A DNA stretch of 62,045 nucleotides, counting the filler, from Choristocarpus tenellus KU-1152 (Eukaryota; Protista; Phaeophyceae): NCBI GenBank assembly GCA_964200185.2. It is 13 parts of 13 records of this genome, joined end to end, with 100 filler letters (N's around TTAATTAATTAA, not from the genome) between each part and the next. Parts side by side here need not be neighbours in the genome. Positions count along the whole stretch, not along the records: positions 23,553 to 27,892 come from CAXNAD020015028.1; positions 27,993 to 35,971 come from CAXNAD020005313.1; positions 36,072 to 39,761 come from CAXNAD020018499.1; 10 more parts are not named here. One strand, written 5' to 3'. Shown piece by piece: positions 23,624-38,315 of this stretch (positions are counted from its first letter, which is position 1; the number at the start of each line of letters is the position of its first letter). The notes under the pieces were generated by a model that worked only from the letters and a program-made list of their open reading frames with translations, searched no databases and had not been told where the DNA came from. A program made the position numbers and the translations under genes.

Positions 23624-26600
23624 CCTGATTTGACATTCAGAAAGAGCTGCTCATATTCCTTTGTCTTGGTTGCTATCCATATGGATACCTTCACTATAGA
23701 ACCATCAAACTAACAAACCAAATTTGACAAGTCTGTGTCATTAATACTCCCAAGTACTATCAATAATGGCTACCTTGATGGTAAGATAGTGGTGCTTGGT
23801 ACTTCTTAGTACTAAAGATCTACTAATGGGTCTTGATCAATCAGGTGAACCTCTCCAGTACAGGTTTGATCTCTTGTTAATATTATTGACAATATAACTT
23901 ATGATTGCTATTGCAGCTATCCTACTGCAAGACATCCTTTCCTATTCCTGTGACCATTAAACCCCAAGCTACTGGTCGTGATAATTGACCAGATATTGAT
24001 GAACGGAGAACAACTGATTGGGGTTAACAACTGATTGGGGTTCCCAATGGTACAGGCACAGTTCCATGTAGAGGTAGTAGAGGTAGAGGTAGAGGTACAT
24101 ACATATTTCACTACTACTTCGTATTTACTATTTGCATAGTTTAACAGGACCAAACTGGTTAAAAAATTTGAGGGGCGACCCCCCCAAATTGTTCCAAATA
24201 AAAGTGGGAAAAATATGTTCCTTATATATATCTCCTGAGCCACCTTCTTTTCCATCATCATCAGAACACTTGTAGAGAGATCAGCAATGATAGGACCGGG
24301 CCGGCCCCACACCATATAATAATGTGAACGTGGATTGGCCTGCCACCTTGTACGGTTGCAATTTCTGACAGTCAATTTCTGACAGTCCTGAAGTGAACCA
24401 GTCAAAAAACACTGGAACTGGGCTGATCTGCAGACCAGACCGGTACCATACTTTGTGGACCTGCTCTGAACACGTCAGAAAATATTGGGACCAGGCCACC
24501 TGCGGACTGGACCATTCATATTTGCCAGACCTGATGAAAGGCACTGTAACCTCTCCATCCTTAGATTTCTTAATAAATATTCACAATACAACCAAAGAAT
24601 AAAACTTACAAATACTCCAGTGAGTTGAAATTCGAACAGGGCAACTGTGAAATGCGTCTAGAGAACTTACCCCTGACATACCACCAATACTAACACTATT
24701 CCTGCGACCCTTTTTTTTTTTCATCTCAAAAGGACCAGCATCACCCCCCCAAGTACAAAATTGGAGCATTTATATTATTTTCCCCAAAGTCCTGGGTGCT
24801 ACAGAGCAATGCACAAGAACCCCCAAAGCCTTGTCACATGTAACATCTCACCAACTGCGCGGCGCACACCTCCATTACATCTCTCAAGTCCTGTGCAACC
24901 TGCATCACTGCCGCAACAGTCACCGGACCCTCCTGCTCTTCCTTCAAGGTCAGCTTGGCGCCCTCATCGATAAGATCCCGGACCCGAGATAAACTCTCCC
25001 CCCCTCCAAGAAGCATGGCATAATTGTCCTGGAGATCAAATTGTTTTCATGACTCCCTGAGAACAAGTTTGTTTCATTCTGCGAACACTTTCCCGGTTTC
25101 AAGAAAAGAAAATAATATCAAACACTTTAACAAGAAAATAATTGTATGATTTTATCGAGATCAGACAGCAACCAACCCCTGCACCATTGATAAGAGTATG
25201 GCGTATCACTTCCTACACTATACACACTATACACACAAAACAGCCCTCAAAGATTTGCATTCCACAAGCATATTGCTGTTGACATCACTATGGTCTAAGA
25301 CCTCCTTTGGGGGGCTAATTGTGTCTGTTCCCCCAAGCCTTGTTCAGTATGGACAAGAAAAGGGTACTTCAGTACTGACAAAACAAAACACTCAATGCCT
25401 CAACAACAACAGCCCAACAACAGACAAATCTCTCATGCCATGTCCCCTTATTTATCTCTCCACCTCCCCCTTCCCATCTCCAAAACAGCAACCTTCCTAA
25501 GGTATTAGTAGAAGACTTACCAATAATTCCACAAAGCCAGGCCCAAAGTGTGAAACCCTCTGCATTACAAATGTGGCATATGTCCTAATGAAGGTTGAAT
25601 AGGGCCTCACATCCTCGCCAGACCAAGCAGGGGCCTTCACATTGGTAATCGACTCAATATCAAAATACTTAGCCTGTGGTGGGTTTGGAGCGGGGCAAGG
25701 AGGTGGATTGAATTGTTGGGTGGGGGGCGGGAGGGGGGGGGGGTTGAGGATCAAGTTGGGGTACATGCCTTTTCCAGACACAGGGTATATGGAGGAGTTC
25801 GTTCACTCAGAAAAATAAGAAAAATACAATCAGGGGTTTGGCATGAGGTACAAACAGGGTAGGTGTACCCCACTACATCAAAATAATGAATACCATATAT
25901 ACACATATGTTACAGGCTTACTACATTGGTGTCTATGTGTCTTACATAGCATACCCCAATTTGTCAATATTGGGTATAGGCTACTACTGTACCAAGGTGT
26001 CAACATGCCGTTACATAGCATACCCCATTTTGTCAATATAGGGTATGGGCCACTACTGTACCACCATGGTGTCAACATCCCTCTTTGCATACCCTTAAAA
26101 AAAACCCAACTAAATGGCATTTGACAGCTTCTGCAAACCAACACACCAGACAGTAATGTCTGGGAGAGGGGGGGGGGCAGTATATGATGGGATAGTGTTA
26201 ACACAAAATTAGCACAGGATTAAGGAGAGGCCACAAGAGAGATGCAACGAATTATATATAATATTTATATTTTTTAAAGAGACATTCCATTGCCATTTGA
26301 ACCTGTCATGCCATTCCTTGCTCGTCCTCTATGTGAACAATGAATGGTAGAAAGAATTGCATCACACCAAGAACACTTCAATCAATCAAGGCATTAATGG
26401 GGGCCTTCAAACACACATATGACCAACACAAGAAGACACAATATTAAAAAAAAAATTACACTAAACAAGCACATTGCTTCTACGCAGTCTCAGCTGAAGG
26501 TCTCAGCACTTTTATTTACCCCTGTTCCCTCACCCCCAAGAAATACCCCTATACCCTAGCTGCAGTGTTTGTAAGGTACACATAACATGCATTCTGGCAA

Positions 26601-27746
26601 CTATAATGCACTTCAGGCCTGTTTTTAAAGACAATAATAATAATAATAATAATTCCACGCAAAAAAATCCACACAATTTTTTTTGTTTTCACTTTTTATT
26701 TATTATTTCGAAGGCTGGTTCCTATCCTGTTCCTACATTAAAGTAGTTGGAAAAGTTCTAAAATTTGGAGTTTTTTGTTCTGAAATAATAGTGATTAATA
26801 ACAATCCCCAGCACCAGTGAATAAATAGGAAATAGTTCAAGAATGGATTATAATGCTGAAGAGGCTTCTGTGAACGATTCATCCTTCCTATGTTGGGGGA
26901 GCAGAAGGAGAGGGAAGGTGTAACAATTGCCATGACCTTGTTCAAAAGACATACACTCCAGTCCAGTATATAAATCAGGGGGGGGGGTGGGAGCTGAAGT
27001 TCTAGTAGGACCCATGGATCACTACAAAAAAATTGACATGAATTAGGCCTTAAATACTCTTTCCATTCTAGAAAACAATTATTTGTGTTTGAATCACTAC
27101 AAGTTTTAATAATGCGTATTCATGTATCAGGCCTAAAATAAAACTTTTCTTCATGGTTTTTTTTAATCTCCAAATTGAGTGTTCTTACTAGTAAAACTCA
27201 ATAGAAAATTGAAGTAAAAAAAAATAATTTTTCAAAAATAACCATCAAAATCACAACTTGATTTCTTTTTTTGAAAAACAAAAAAAACTGCACAAAGTTT
27301 TGGGATCATAGGATATAGAAAGAGCAAACATTCCAGTTATCAACAAGAAAAAAAATGGTGCAATAAAATTCTCCAAAACAAACATTTTTTGATCTCTTCA
27401 CACAATATACAATTAATTATCTGCAACATGTTCAACAATTCGAAAAAATGGGACAAAAAAAAAAGTAAGCCAGCGATAACCAAAAAAAACAAAACGGGGC
27501 AGGGGCTGGGGTTACATCTGGTACCTACATTATATATATATATATTGGATTTGTTCGTACATAGTACATCCCAGGCGTTCCTACCTTTCGCCTGGAGTCG
27601 TGATGCGTCCTAAGCACCGAGACAGTGTCCTTAAGGTTGGCAGAGTGAAGGCTGATGCCGTCTGTAGAGAAGCGGTGCACAATGTACAACGCCTTGCAGG
27701 TCACTTGCCACTCCTTGTCCGTCATCTTCGCCCAGAGCTTCTTCAC
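23624..27746 (-). CDS. ANTH-domain (AP180/CALM-like) protein, internal exons
   Basis: In-frame exons 27585-27746, 25521-25673, 24852-25028 and probably 23624-23688 with GT-AG ends. ANTH motifs EWQVTCKALYIVHRF and YSTFIRTYATFVMQR. Confidence 0.75.
25942..26080. repeat. Intronic tandem duplication, about 69 bp x 2
   Basis: TTACATAGCATACCCCA.TTTGTCAATAT.GGGTAT.GGC.ACTACTGTACCA...GGTGTCAACAT occurs twice. Confidence 0.85.
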
Positions 27747-27803
27747 CTGTCAGATATAAATATGAAGAGGGTTAGGGTTATATTGTGCGGGTTTGTGGTG
27801 GCA

Positions 27804-27834
<31 letters not shown>

Positions 27835-28661
27835 GGGGAGGGAGCAACCCCCGGAACCCCACCCACCCCAAATCCTTTTTTTTCTTTTTTTTNNNNNNNN
27901 NNNNNNNNNNNNNNNNNNNNNNNNNNNNNNNNNNNNTTAATTAATTAANNNNNNNNNNNNNNNNNNNNNNNNNNNNNNNNNNNNNNNNNNNNGTGAACCG
28001 TCTTGGGGGTACAAAGGTGACCTGATGCTGAAAGGCCCATTCAAAGTTGAAAGTGACTGTCGATGGCAGATGCTTGTAGGTATCCTACAGACACAGACCG
28101 CAAATAACCCCTGGCAACAAGAGACAAAACAATACCTCAATACTGAAATCCATTTTTCTGTTCAAGAGTCAAGGGAAATATTTGAGCAAAAGCGCTGGGA
28201 CTTCCAATTTGCCGGTGATGAATATATATTTTTCAAGGTCATCAAGAAAAAAAATATATGAAAGAGCCTGTCAACTTCTACCAAAATGACCGACACAGAA
28301 ATTGGCACGTGGGTGATGTAATTTCTTGTTGGGTGCCAGTGCTAAAAACTGTTCGTATTCTGTCCTGTCTCTTGAAGGCCTTTATAGGGGTTACGACTGG
28401 ATAACCACGGACACAAATTGCGAGATAACTTTCATAAATGGATATTATCTTGATTGAAGAGGAGAAATGGAGGTTTATACTACGTTTTTCGGCTGATCTC
28501 TGGATTCTTCTTGACGGCTTCAGCGCCTCTAATCACCGGTTGGGTCTACAGGGTAACGGGAAAATATTAATGATATTTGTAGATCAAGAAATAGATTAAC
28601 CAGTTATTTTTGTACTATCATATTTCAACAGTTAGTTAGAAAGCTAGTTAGAGAAGCAGTG

Positions 28662-28775
28662 GAATATTTTGTGCCTTACACTACTGGTAAAATATATAGT
28701 CCCTACACTGCACTAAAGAATATGTTGTGCCTCTAACTACTGGTAAAATATATTGTCCCTACACCGCACTAAAGA
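28662..28775. repeat. Tandem duplication, about 56 bp x 2
   Basis: GAATAT.TT.TGTGCC...ACTACTGGTAAAATATAT.GTCCCTACAC.GCACTAAA occurs twice. Confidence 0.8.
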
Positions 28776-31700
28776 AATACTGTTTCTCTGTTTTGTAGGT
28801 AATATTGAATGGTAAGTTATGGATATTTGAAACCGTGTCTCATTCTACCCCCATTGCCTTCCTTCTACAATAGGATTGTTCCAACAAATTTTGTCTTTGA
28901 CCAACGTTATTAACATGATGATGGTTGACCCAAAATGTGAATTGTTTTGATGGAGGGGGTGGGGTAAGTAGTTGTTCTTTGTTTAGGTGATCATGACTTC
29001 ATTATTAATATTTATTATTAGTTGAGATTCTCCTCTTTTGTAGTACCCAATTAAAATGTGTAAGTTACACAGAGAGGCTAAACCAACACACACGTTCAGT
29101 TTGACCATCGAACGTTGGACAAGGTAGTAGGTAGTAAGCAACACCTGAGATGCGATAGTCCAACCCCTATGCTCAGACTCAGGCCGCCGCTGATACCTAG
29201 TTTATCCTCCTGAAGCACTCTAGCTACTACTTGATAGAGATTCTCACTCCTCTTTTTCTGAAGACGGACCACACTGGGCCCTTTCCAGTTAGTGTCATCA
29301 AGCACTTTGACTGCTTTGTGGCGGATGTTCTCCTATTTTTATTTTTCCCTAGCGCGGACCCCACGAGTTTACCGAGACAGACACACACACTGTTCCTTTT
29401 CTCCTGGTCCTGGTGGGGCACAGTGTGCCTACTACCTGACGCAACTACCCCGCATCAATCCCCTGGTCATGCCCCTTCCTTGTTACCCACACATCGCACA
29501 GTGCATGCAGTACATCACAATTCAGGCTATACAAGATCGGTAACAGTAGACTTTGTATGGTTGTTACAAGTGAGACACAGGAGAAGTATCAAAGTAACAG
29601 GGTTATGGATCGAACAGTATTGTCGCAACAAGTTCGTCTAAGTTGTGGAATTTCGTATATGAACGGGTGTTGTTCTATTGATAAAGCTTGAAGTACGTTG
29701 AGTGTGGCTGGAAGTACGTTGCAAAAAAAATATTTTTTCACCTGGAGTATTCCGTACAAATCCCTATTTCTGGCAACTTGAATGTTGCCTCGTCAAACTG
29801 GGAAGAATGAGTGCGAACAGAGATATAAACAGTGACAGACGCCTCCTAACAAACATTCGTCAGTCGCCAAGTGTACCAAGTGCAAATCAAACAAAATATC
29901 CTCGGTGGGTACTTGCCTGCCCTGCATGAGACATGGGGTACAATCAAAGGGAAGTATCCTCCAAAAAATGTCTCTGGGTGTACCAAATATCCTGTCGTGT
30001 CATGAAGGGCACAGAGCCAAACCAACTGAGAGTTACGTAGGTTTAGATATTTTTTTCTAAGTCTTCTTTCTTTCCATGTGCAATACTCTCTATTTGATTC
30101 CTTGATGTGCACAATAGTGTACACAAAAAATATGTTTCCTCTTCCCAGACAAAGTGACACCAATATTAAGCAAGGATTCTTTCTGCAATTGTACAAAGTT
30201 GCGTCATTTTTCCCTTTCTCCGAATCCATAAAATGCAACTCTGCCTACCTCTCAATTTGTTTGGTTCCATGTGGAGCTGTAATATTTTAGCCCCAAGTTA
30301 ACTCACTCACTCGGGATGACGCTGTAGTGGCCTTGGTTCTAAAGGGTGGACACGAACGGTGATGCCCCAAGACAGCCGAATACATCTGAATCACAGGGTT
30401 CCATCATGGCTTTAGAGAATGTTCGTCGTGGTAAGAGAAACATGAGGACTGACTCCATTATCAAGGGGGGGAGCTTAGAAAAATGCAGATCAGATGTCCA
30501 TAATTCCCAAATTTGATAATATCCAGATTGTCACATAAATACCATTCCTTGGAACATCTTCCCCTAGTGTGAAACAGCACATGTAACTGCTTCGAAACTA
30601 TCATCAAGGAAATAGACTAGTCGAGAAAAGGAAAACACCTCTATCTGCTTCTCCTAAAATGAACGTAGCAGCAGATATGAAATTAGTGGACCTGACGGGT
30701 CCTAACACATCAATCATTGGGGGTCTAGAGGAGGGGAGAACCTGATGGAAATTCCTCTTCCAATATTGCTCAGCGATCGATATGCTGGCATGACACGAGA
30801 ATGTCATGGGACTCATTCACTCTGCATTTGGCTCAACATCCAGGTTAGAAGCATAAAATGGAAAACGTATTCTAAATACATTGTGATAGGAGATATTTTC
30901 TCTCAGCATTAGGTAATCACTACACCTAAGAGAGTTTTGTCCGTCCACTCTTCAAGCAACAAAAACAACAAAAACGAAAACTTAAGAATCACACACAAGC
31001 ATACAAGAGAAAGTACAGTTTCATAAAAGACTTCTCCCCCTCTGAAAAAAAAAACACCAACAAAACAAAAATATTGCACAACCATACAAACACAATATAA
31101 TTTAATCGAAAGACTTTTCCCTCCAAAAAACAAACACAAAGAGGGTGCTCCTCCAGCTCAGGTGCACTACATACAATACAACCCTTGCCCTATTGATCAT
31201 CGTACGACAAAAATTCCTTCCACTTGCAATATCTCTGACTTGCAACATCATCATTTGCCTTGGAATACCCTTGCTTGCTGTTGAAAAATACAAGATATCT
31301 CTGGCTGACTCAGTTCTTCAAATCCCTGTCTTGAAGTGCACTCTTACATGTAGTGCTTTGTAGGCAAAGATGTTCCCTGTGTACCGCTTCTATCCTCTAT
31401 CCTCTCTGTCATTATGCCATGCTTTCTTGACGGGATACATATGGGAAACAGGTAAAGCGCACCTTCTCAGGGCAAATATTGGTTAAATATGAAAAGCTGG
31501 GTGGATATAGTCTCATATCAGAGCAGACTAAGACCCAGAAGGCATTGGAAAGGTCTAGTTGGAAAAGGATTAGGCTATCTTATTTTCACATTTTACGTTT
31601 ATGTGTTTATCTGTCGGTAGAGTATTTTATTAACTTTCAAATAGAGGAAACAATTGTTACACTAAGAAGCAGAAACTCGATAATATGTGTATGTTTCGTT

Positions 31701-32269
31701 ATCAACCAAAATGGCATCGTATTATAGATTTCTTTCATCTTTGCTTCATCATATTATCGACCTATTAGCTAATACGTTTTCTAAGTTCATTCGCAAATAC
31801 CTTTACATGAGAGGGGGGTAGACTCGTATTTGCTGTAGATGACACTAAATCGATAATGGTATCATGCCTTAATACTTAAGCGTGGCACACTTCTTTGATT
31901 TATTTTATTACAGCTGTCATGTATGATTGCTTGTTGAACGTTTCACATCCCATTGAATCCTACGTTAGTAGGTTGACTGTCGATGTATAATATCAATGGT
32001 TTGTTCAGCTATTATTGTTGATATTCCAAAAGTGAAAATAGTGTATTTGTTGCTTGGCAAGATCAAAATGGTGTGGTAAAGTTTGACATTTTTTTAATCT
32101 TTCAACAATTACAACGGATTTTGTTTAGAAGGCAATCCACGTATCTTTGCTCTATCACCTTATTTACACCGCAATGCATACCCCTTTCACTCATACGGAA
32201 TTCAAATAGAGTTCTAGAAGATGTTGTGCAACCCATACTGCTTCCCTTGACAATATCGAAGTGCAACAA

Positions 32270-32528
32270 GAGCCAAAGTATCTTAGAGGGTAGAGCTGCG
32301 TCCATTTGGGGGCCAAAATCCAATGTAGCGATTATTATGTAATTTTGACTATCGTGTTTGTTAGAAAGTGTCAATATCCATGTTCCGGACACACCTTTTC
32401 ATAACGTATACACTTTACCTATTCCTTAACCTTTTGGAGTAGGAAATCGTCATAAAAGAACCCAATGGAATCCAAGCCCCAAATGGACAAACAGGGCAAA
32501 ACTCGTACCCTCTAAGATACTTTAACTG
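32270..32528 (+). mobile_element. MITE family A, full copy
   Basis: GAGCCAAAGTATCTTAGAGGGTA ... TACCCTCTAAGATACTTTAACTG. Confidence 0.9.
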
Positions 32529-33083
32529 AAAATGGAATCCAAGATATTTTGTCTTCGACAATAAACAAATGACCATAATCTCTTGCTGGATCGTGACCTA
32601 TGTCTTGCAGGTCCGTCTTCAACACCCCTCAGCTTGAATCAACATGATCTTGGCACCCCTCATCTTCTTGTGGCCGCGTCTCCCTCTCAACGATTCTCCC
32701 ATTGTCATCCGCACTATTAAAGTGAAGGTTCCACAGAAATCCATCGACTGGTTTCTAGGTTTTAGGCGGATAGAAAAGACTGGGCGAATGGAAACAGAAA
32801 ACTCGTGTCATGAGTTACAGCCAGTGGCAACTACTAAGTAACTTTGGTGGTGCAATATGGTCTATATCACCTGGGGTATCATCGAGAGTGGTCAGAATGA
32901 GTTCATGATCAAACGTGGTTCTACACAACGACTTGATATCTACTGGTGCACAGTGTAAGATTGGAAAAATATTTCCTTTACTGCTCCATATTAGGCACTA
33001 CTAAGTTCTGCAATAGAACATCATTCACGAACTTCTCACAACTAAAAACGATTTTCTTGTCCTGCGACATATGATACCACAAA

Positions 33084-33214
33084 GACTCAAACTATCTGGG
33101 GGGGGGGGGGGGGGGGTTTCCCCCGGGGTTTTTTTTCGGTCTTTTCCAAGAAAAATTTCTCTTCTTTATCCCATCCACCANNNNNNNNNNCCACAACAAC
33201 AACATACCAACGGT

Positions 33215-33245
<31 letters not shown>

Positions 33246-33393
33246 CTACACCAGGGTGTTCATTCGGGCCTTGACCAGGAAAATTGCACTTACATTATCC
33301 ATCCAACGCATGCAACCAAATCACATAAAAATCGCGACATGGAAAAATGGGCCCCAAATGGACAGCTGCCCCCCCCCCCTGATACTTTCAGCC
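33084..33393 (-). mobile_element. MITE family B (poly-G/C subterminal tracts)
   Basis: GACTCAAACTATCTGGGG ... CCCCTGATACTTTCAGCC; the interior is the reverse complement of 35245-35431; contains a 10-N gap. Confidence 0.7.
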
Positions 33394-35244
33394 AAATTGA
33401 ATGTACATCCTCGTATGTTACTACTTTGTGTTATTCGATTACAAAAGTATTGTCGGTACGAGGTCGGTTTGAAAGCACACTTGAAAAGAGAAAGGTGACA
33501 TCTTGCGACAAAAACAGGTTTTGATCATCGAAGTTTGGTTACCTCCACAACTGAATTTCATTTAATTCTCTATAAATTTATGTTCGTTTTACTTTCATCA
33601 TTCCACGTACTTGATGCAAGTAACCACAAAACAAAGAATCAATATCAAAATGTGATGTAGTAACGGGGGGAAGCCATGACAGTCCATCCTGTAGCTGGTT
33701 CTTCGAATCAGCCCGCAATCTCAGCTCCATGTCCAGATCCATAAGGCTGAGGGTCCGTTGAGCATGGTATTGAGCTTGCAAATCTAGATTAGAAGACAGA
33801 CTAAGAAAGAGCATTTAGTAACAAGGGTGACTCTTCTGGCCCACACAAATGGGCGGAGGTAGTCAATAGTCTACAATGTGTTCTTACGGCTCATAACATG
33901 GCATATATTCCCTCTTCTTGGGGGGCTCTTCTACCATTCTCCCTGGATCACCTACAACTGGAATAAGCTACAGCATGCTCCCTCTGGCCTTCCTGCGTCG
34001 GGGTGAGCATGGCTCGAGCTCCCTCAGCATTAGAGTCTGTATGGAACATGACAGGCCTAACCTATTTTGATAAAGCGAAAAGCGAGACATTGACTGAGCT
34101 AAACATCAAGCTGACACTGTATGTGGTTATCATCTGTGGACCCCCCTCGTAGCGTCGTTTTAAGGTTGTTGGATTTGAGTTGCATATCCTGTGGAGGTGA
34201 GTCCCGAGGGGCGCCTGTAACATGACAGGCCTCTCCCAATCTGTGAACGCTTGGATGGGAGAAAATATTGAGCTTGTTTCGAGTCTCGTGACATACTATG
34301 GCTGGGGGAGCAGCAGTGGTCATAGTACGTGACAAACTGTCTCATATACTACGTCATAGCCAGAAACACACTCAGCTGCTCAACCGTAAATGGGGGAGTC
34401 AGTTTGGCTACGGCAATCATTTTGGAAGGGCCAGAGGGCTCAGCCTATACCTACCAAATCACACTATTGAAGTCTAGATAGGAGGAGAGAGAACATGTTA
34501 ATGTTCTCATCAAATATCTTAGTCTAGATTATGAGGTCATAGAGCCAACTCTCAACTCCAGTTAGCCTAAAGATTCCCCTACAAAAATATATGATCAAAA
34601 CACCACTAGAAACCTGAAATAAATATATTCGTAACCACTCAACCGTTTCCTCTGGGCTTGTGTCACTCATCTCATGTTGACACCTCTGAAGAAACGAATC
34701 CTGCTTTCTCTTGCTTGCCTTAGGTGGAGTGGCGCCATTTACCCCCATTCTAAGGCCATAAGCTCGATCTGTCATGGTCGATTGACCTGTTTGGGGGCAG
34801 GGCTGTAGTAGGAAGTACGTGCGCAACAAAGAGCCCTTGCAAATGGTGAATGAGTGACAGGAAGAAATCCTCCATCCTAGCATATATTTATAAATTTTGT
34901 CCAATCCTCTGAGCATGACTACGGATAACCCAACTCGTATGCTACCCAACTTGTTGCGAGTATTGACCACCTTATAATACACCAGTGTACCTGACTTCTA
35001 CCACTTGACCTGCCCGGCAACTTCAACTGCTACCTGCAGTTTCTAACTCCAATATGTAATTTGCCAAGGGTTCAATCATTACAGTGTGTCTGGACTATGA
35101 TCGTAGTACTTCATTTAAGTCTTAGTCCTATGAGGTAACCTGTGTGACAAAAAGATCCTTGGGACTCGGGCAAAGTGCCTCGACTAATTCATCTCTGTCT
35201 TGTACCTGAAACACTCTGTCAAACATGGAGACACCACTATTCAT

Positions 35245-35431
35245 GGCTCAGAGTATCTGGGGGTGTGTGGAAGTTGTCCATTTGGGGGCAATTTTTTCAT
35301 GTCGCAATTTTTGAGTGATTTGATTTAATACATCGGATGGATGGATAATGTAAATGAACTTTTCCTAATTTTGGTCCAAATGGACACCCTGGTGTAGACC
35401 CCCCCCCCCCCCCCTCCAGATACTTTGGGTT
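35245..35431 (+). mobile_element. MITE family B, full copy with TCAT target duplication
   Basis: tcat|GGCTCAGAGTATCTGGGG ... CCAGATACTTTGGGTT|tcat. Confidence 0.8.
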
Positions 35432-37919
35432 TCATGAGGGTAGAAAGTTGGAGTAACTATCTGCCATGGTGGAAGAGTGTTACGTCAATGTTTAACAAAA
35501 TCAGATCCTGGGAATCTTCCCAGCAAATAAGTGTGTCATCAACCCACTAATCGCACGCTCCCCATGGGCCTGTCCTTCGAACCCTCTCTCACTCTGTCTT
35601 CATCCTCCCACAGTAGCAAGTCGAGAGAGCCTTTCAGCTGGGATTCGATCCCACAGCAGGGTGGGAGAGGTAGCATATGAGGGTGATGCCACCGACCACT
35701 TTTTATCCCACCCTCCATCACATGAAAGGAAAAAGAAAACCTTCTGTTCCTTCAACTACCTTCCACCCCTTCTGTGAATGCTAGTGGAATAGAGAATAGG
35801 TAAATTGGCGCCTGCAATAACCAATTCATTGACCTGCTCGTTGGCTCTGCACCTGAAAAGAGTACTATGGGACGGAGAGCTGACACTACGCAGGACGGAA
35901 GTGCACAAGAGCAAAGATTAAACTTCAAAGAAGTTGAGATCATGACAACAAGGGGTCAAAGTATCTGGGAGNNNNNNNNNNNNNNNNNNNNNNNNNNNNN
36001 NNNNNNNNNNNNNNNTTAATTAATTAANNNNNNNNNNNNNNNNNNNNNNNNNNNNNNNNNNNNNNNNNNNNTGTTTTTGTTGGTTGTGGAGCGTGCGGCT
36101 GTCCGGCTGCGCCGGGTGGGGTGGGGGGGGGGGGGGGGGGGGGGGTGTTGGGAAATTTCCCGTCATTGTTAGTATTACAGACTCCCCAAAATTATGTTGT
36201 TCTTTGGTGCACTCTCGGGGTGTGCGGTGTGGGGTTGTTTTCATCCTCTTTCTTCCTCATTTGCACAGAGGACTTTTGAGCAGATGCACGGGTACAAAAT
36301 CCAGTTCACCAGATCATATCATCTGAAATATTCGAATGGCATGGTTCCAAGTTCAACATAAAAGAAAAATTCTCGTCTTACTCTTAACTCATTGACATGG
36401 TTTATGTCTTTGATAATAAAGGTTCTTGCCTTTTTCTCACAGTACACCCTACAATACATACCATGGAGGTTAATATTTGACAAACATATTGCACTACATG
36501 AGGGGAGAGCAGTCATGGATCACTCACAAACTTTGTCCATAGGGGGGCTCTGGAATGTGTAGTGAACAAGTCCCTTGTGGAGTTGACTCTTTTCTGCTTT
36601 CTGTCAAACACACACCATTTAATTTGCCCTCTTAGGATTCAATGATTTATCCTTCCCTGCTTGATTTCTTCCAGTCATGTTTAGCATTTGTCAAACACGC
36701 TAAAACAACACCCGGCATGTATTGGTTGAAGACTGAATATGTATGAACTCCGTCAAATGTGACTTGGTCGACTTTACACTGGTAATCCTCTGCAGTCATG
36801 ACAACCTCCCATCTCAAAATTTGCACACCTCCTTATCTGTATCAGAACTAACCCTCATCCAGAGGGTTTATCACACAGGTTTTTCTGGGGTGAGAATGGA
36901 GCTTGAAAAAGTGGCTCAAAGTATCTGGGAGGGGGTGACGGTTGCCCATTTGGGAACTGATCTCAGTCAATCCACATCCGCACGCACACACAAGTGCATT
37001 GCTTGCACATTTCTTTGTCATTAGTGATGTTCCCATCAACATCAAACACAGAGAAGTCTTGAGAATTCTAAGACCACTTGCCGTTGACGGTCACAAAGAT
37101 GTGAGTCACCCATCGGATCTGGGATTCTCTTCAAACTTCTCCTAAGATTTTATGGCTGAGAGAGCTTTAGGTTTGCTGAAAGCACCCCTTCATGATGCAA
37201 CTGGTGATTCTGAAAACCACTCACGACTAATTGGACCCTACCTCACGACGCATGTTAATCTTTCTGCCTAACAAACTCAACTTCTCACTGACCTTTATGT
37301 CATAATAGTAATATTTATACTTCTGCATTGCATCTTCCTGGTGAACACTGTGCCTCTCAGTATGATACCCTTCTTTGACAGAACTGTTGTGGCTATGTCA
37401 TGTTTGACTCCGGAGCCTCCTTCCGTTTCCTTACCATTTTATTGAATTACTCACTTCTTTAGATCATTTCCTCTTTACTGGATATGGACAGGGAGAGTCG
37501 AAAATTTGAAAATTGAAGAAAAGTCTCATCATTCACTATTTTTCCCATGTAAAACCTTTGAACACCAACAAACATCATTTCGTAGCGCAATATTTTCAAC
37601 ATGTTCCATACTGCTCCTCCATATGGACATGTCATAGCTGGAAAAGAAATTCGTGGCGATACTCAGCAATACATATCACCTCTCTATAGGGACTGCCAAG
37701 CCTGAGGTTTCACCTTGGTTTGTTGTGGCAATCGTTGTGTGGGTACACCTTCGTCCACCTAACCAGGTCTCTCTCCTTTGCACACATATCTGACCAGTAT
37801 GGAACAGAATGGAAGTCTCCAATGGGAAACAAGAGGTGAGACATTTGGCGTGATATGCACCTTCCTCTCCAACCAATATCATAAACATCAAGCCGATTAT
37901 TCCTGTCATGTCTACTGAT

Positions 37920-38300
37920 CAATCTACCTTACCTTTCCTCCTTGCGGTCTCTTCTTCTCCTTCAACTCTTGCCCTACACCAAACTCTAATAAGTGGCATT
38001 TACCCTATATCATGCCTGTCGGTATTCTACCCTAACTTACAACTCACCGCCTCCGAGGCCTTCGACTCTTTTACCACAACCAAACTCTGGTGCTCCAGTC
38101 TGCGTCTCAAATTCAAACGTCTAAAGGACATCCCCCTCAAGACCTGATCTGAAGTTGTGCTATCCCAGCAGCAACAGCCCATCTCATCATCTGTACAAGC
38201 TTCTCGCAGCATTCGCTTACCCTTCCGCTAGCTGCTGTACAAACTAGGGTATTTGCCAACTCCAAGACAGTACACATCCTTCTACCATCTTGCTCCCATC
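37920..38300 (-). mobile_element. Decayed Copia RT/RNase H junction
   Basis: Contains DADW and a preceding QVLRG resembling the ..VLRYL.G...Y.DADW region; adjacent to the RT relic at 39214-39740. Confidence 0.4.
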
Positions 38301-38315
38301 TGCATTTCCAAAAAA

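Noticed and set aside
31100-32270. AT-rich decayed coding-like region with a Cys-rich end, considered as piggyBac or Harbinger
   Set aside because: No diagnostic catalytic motif or TIR could be read.
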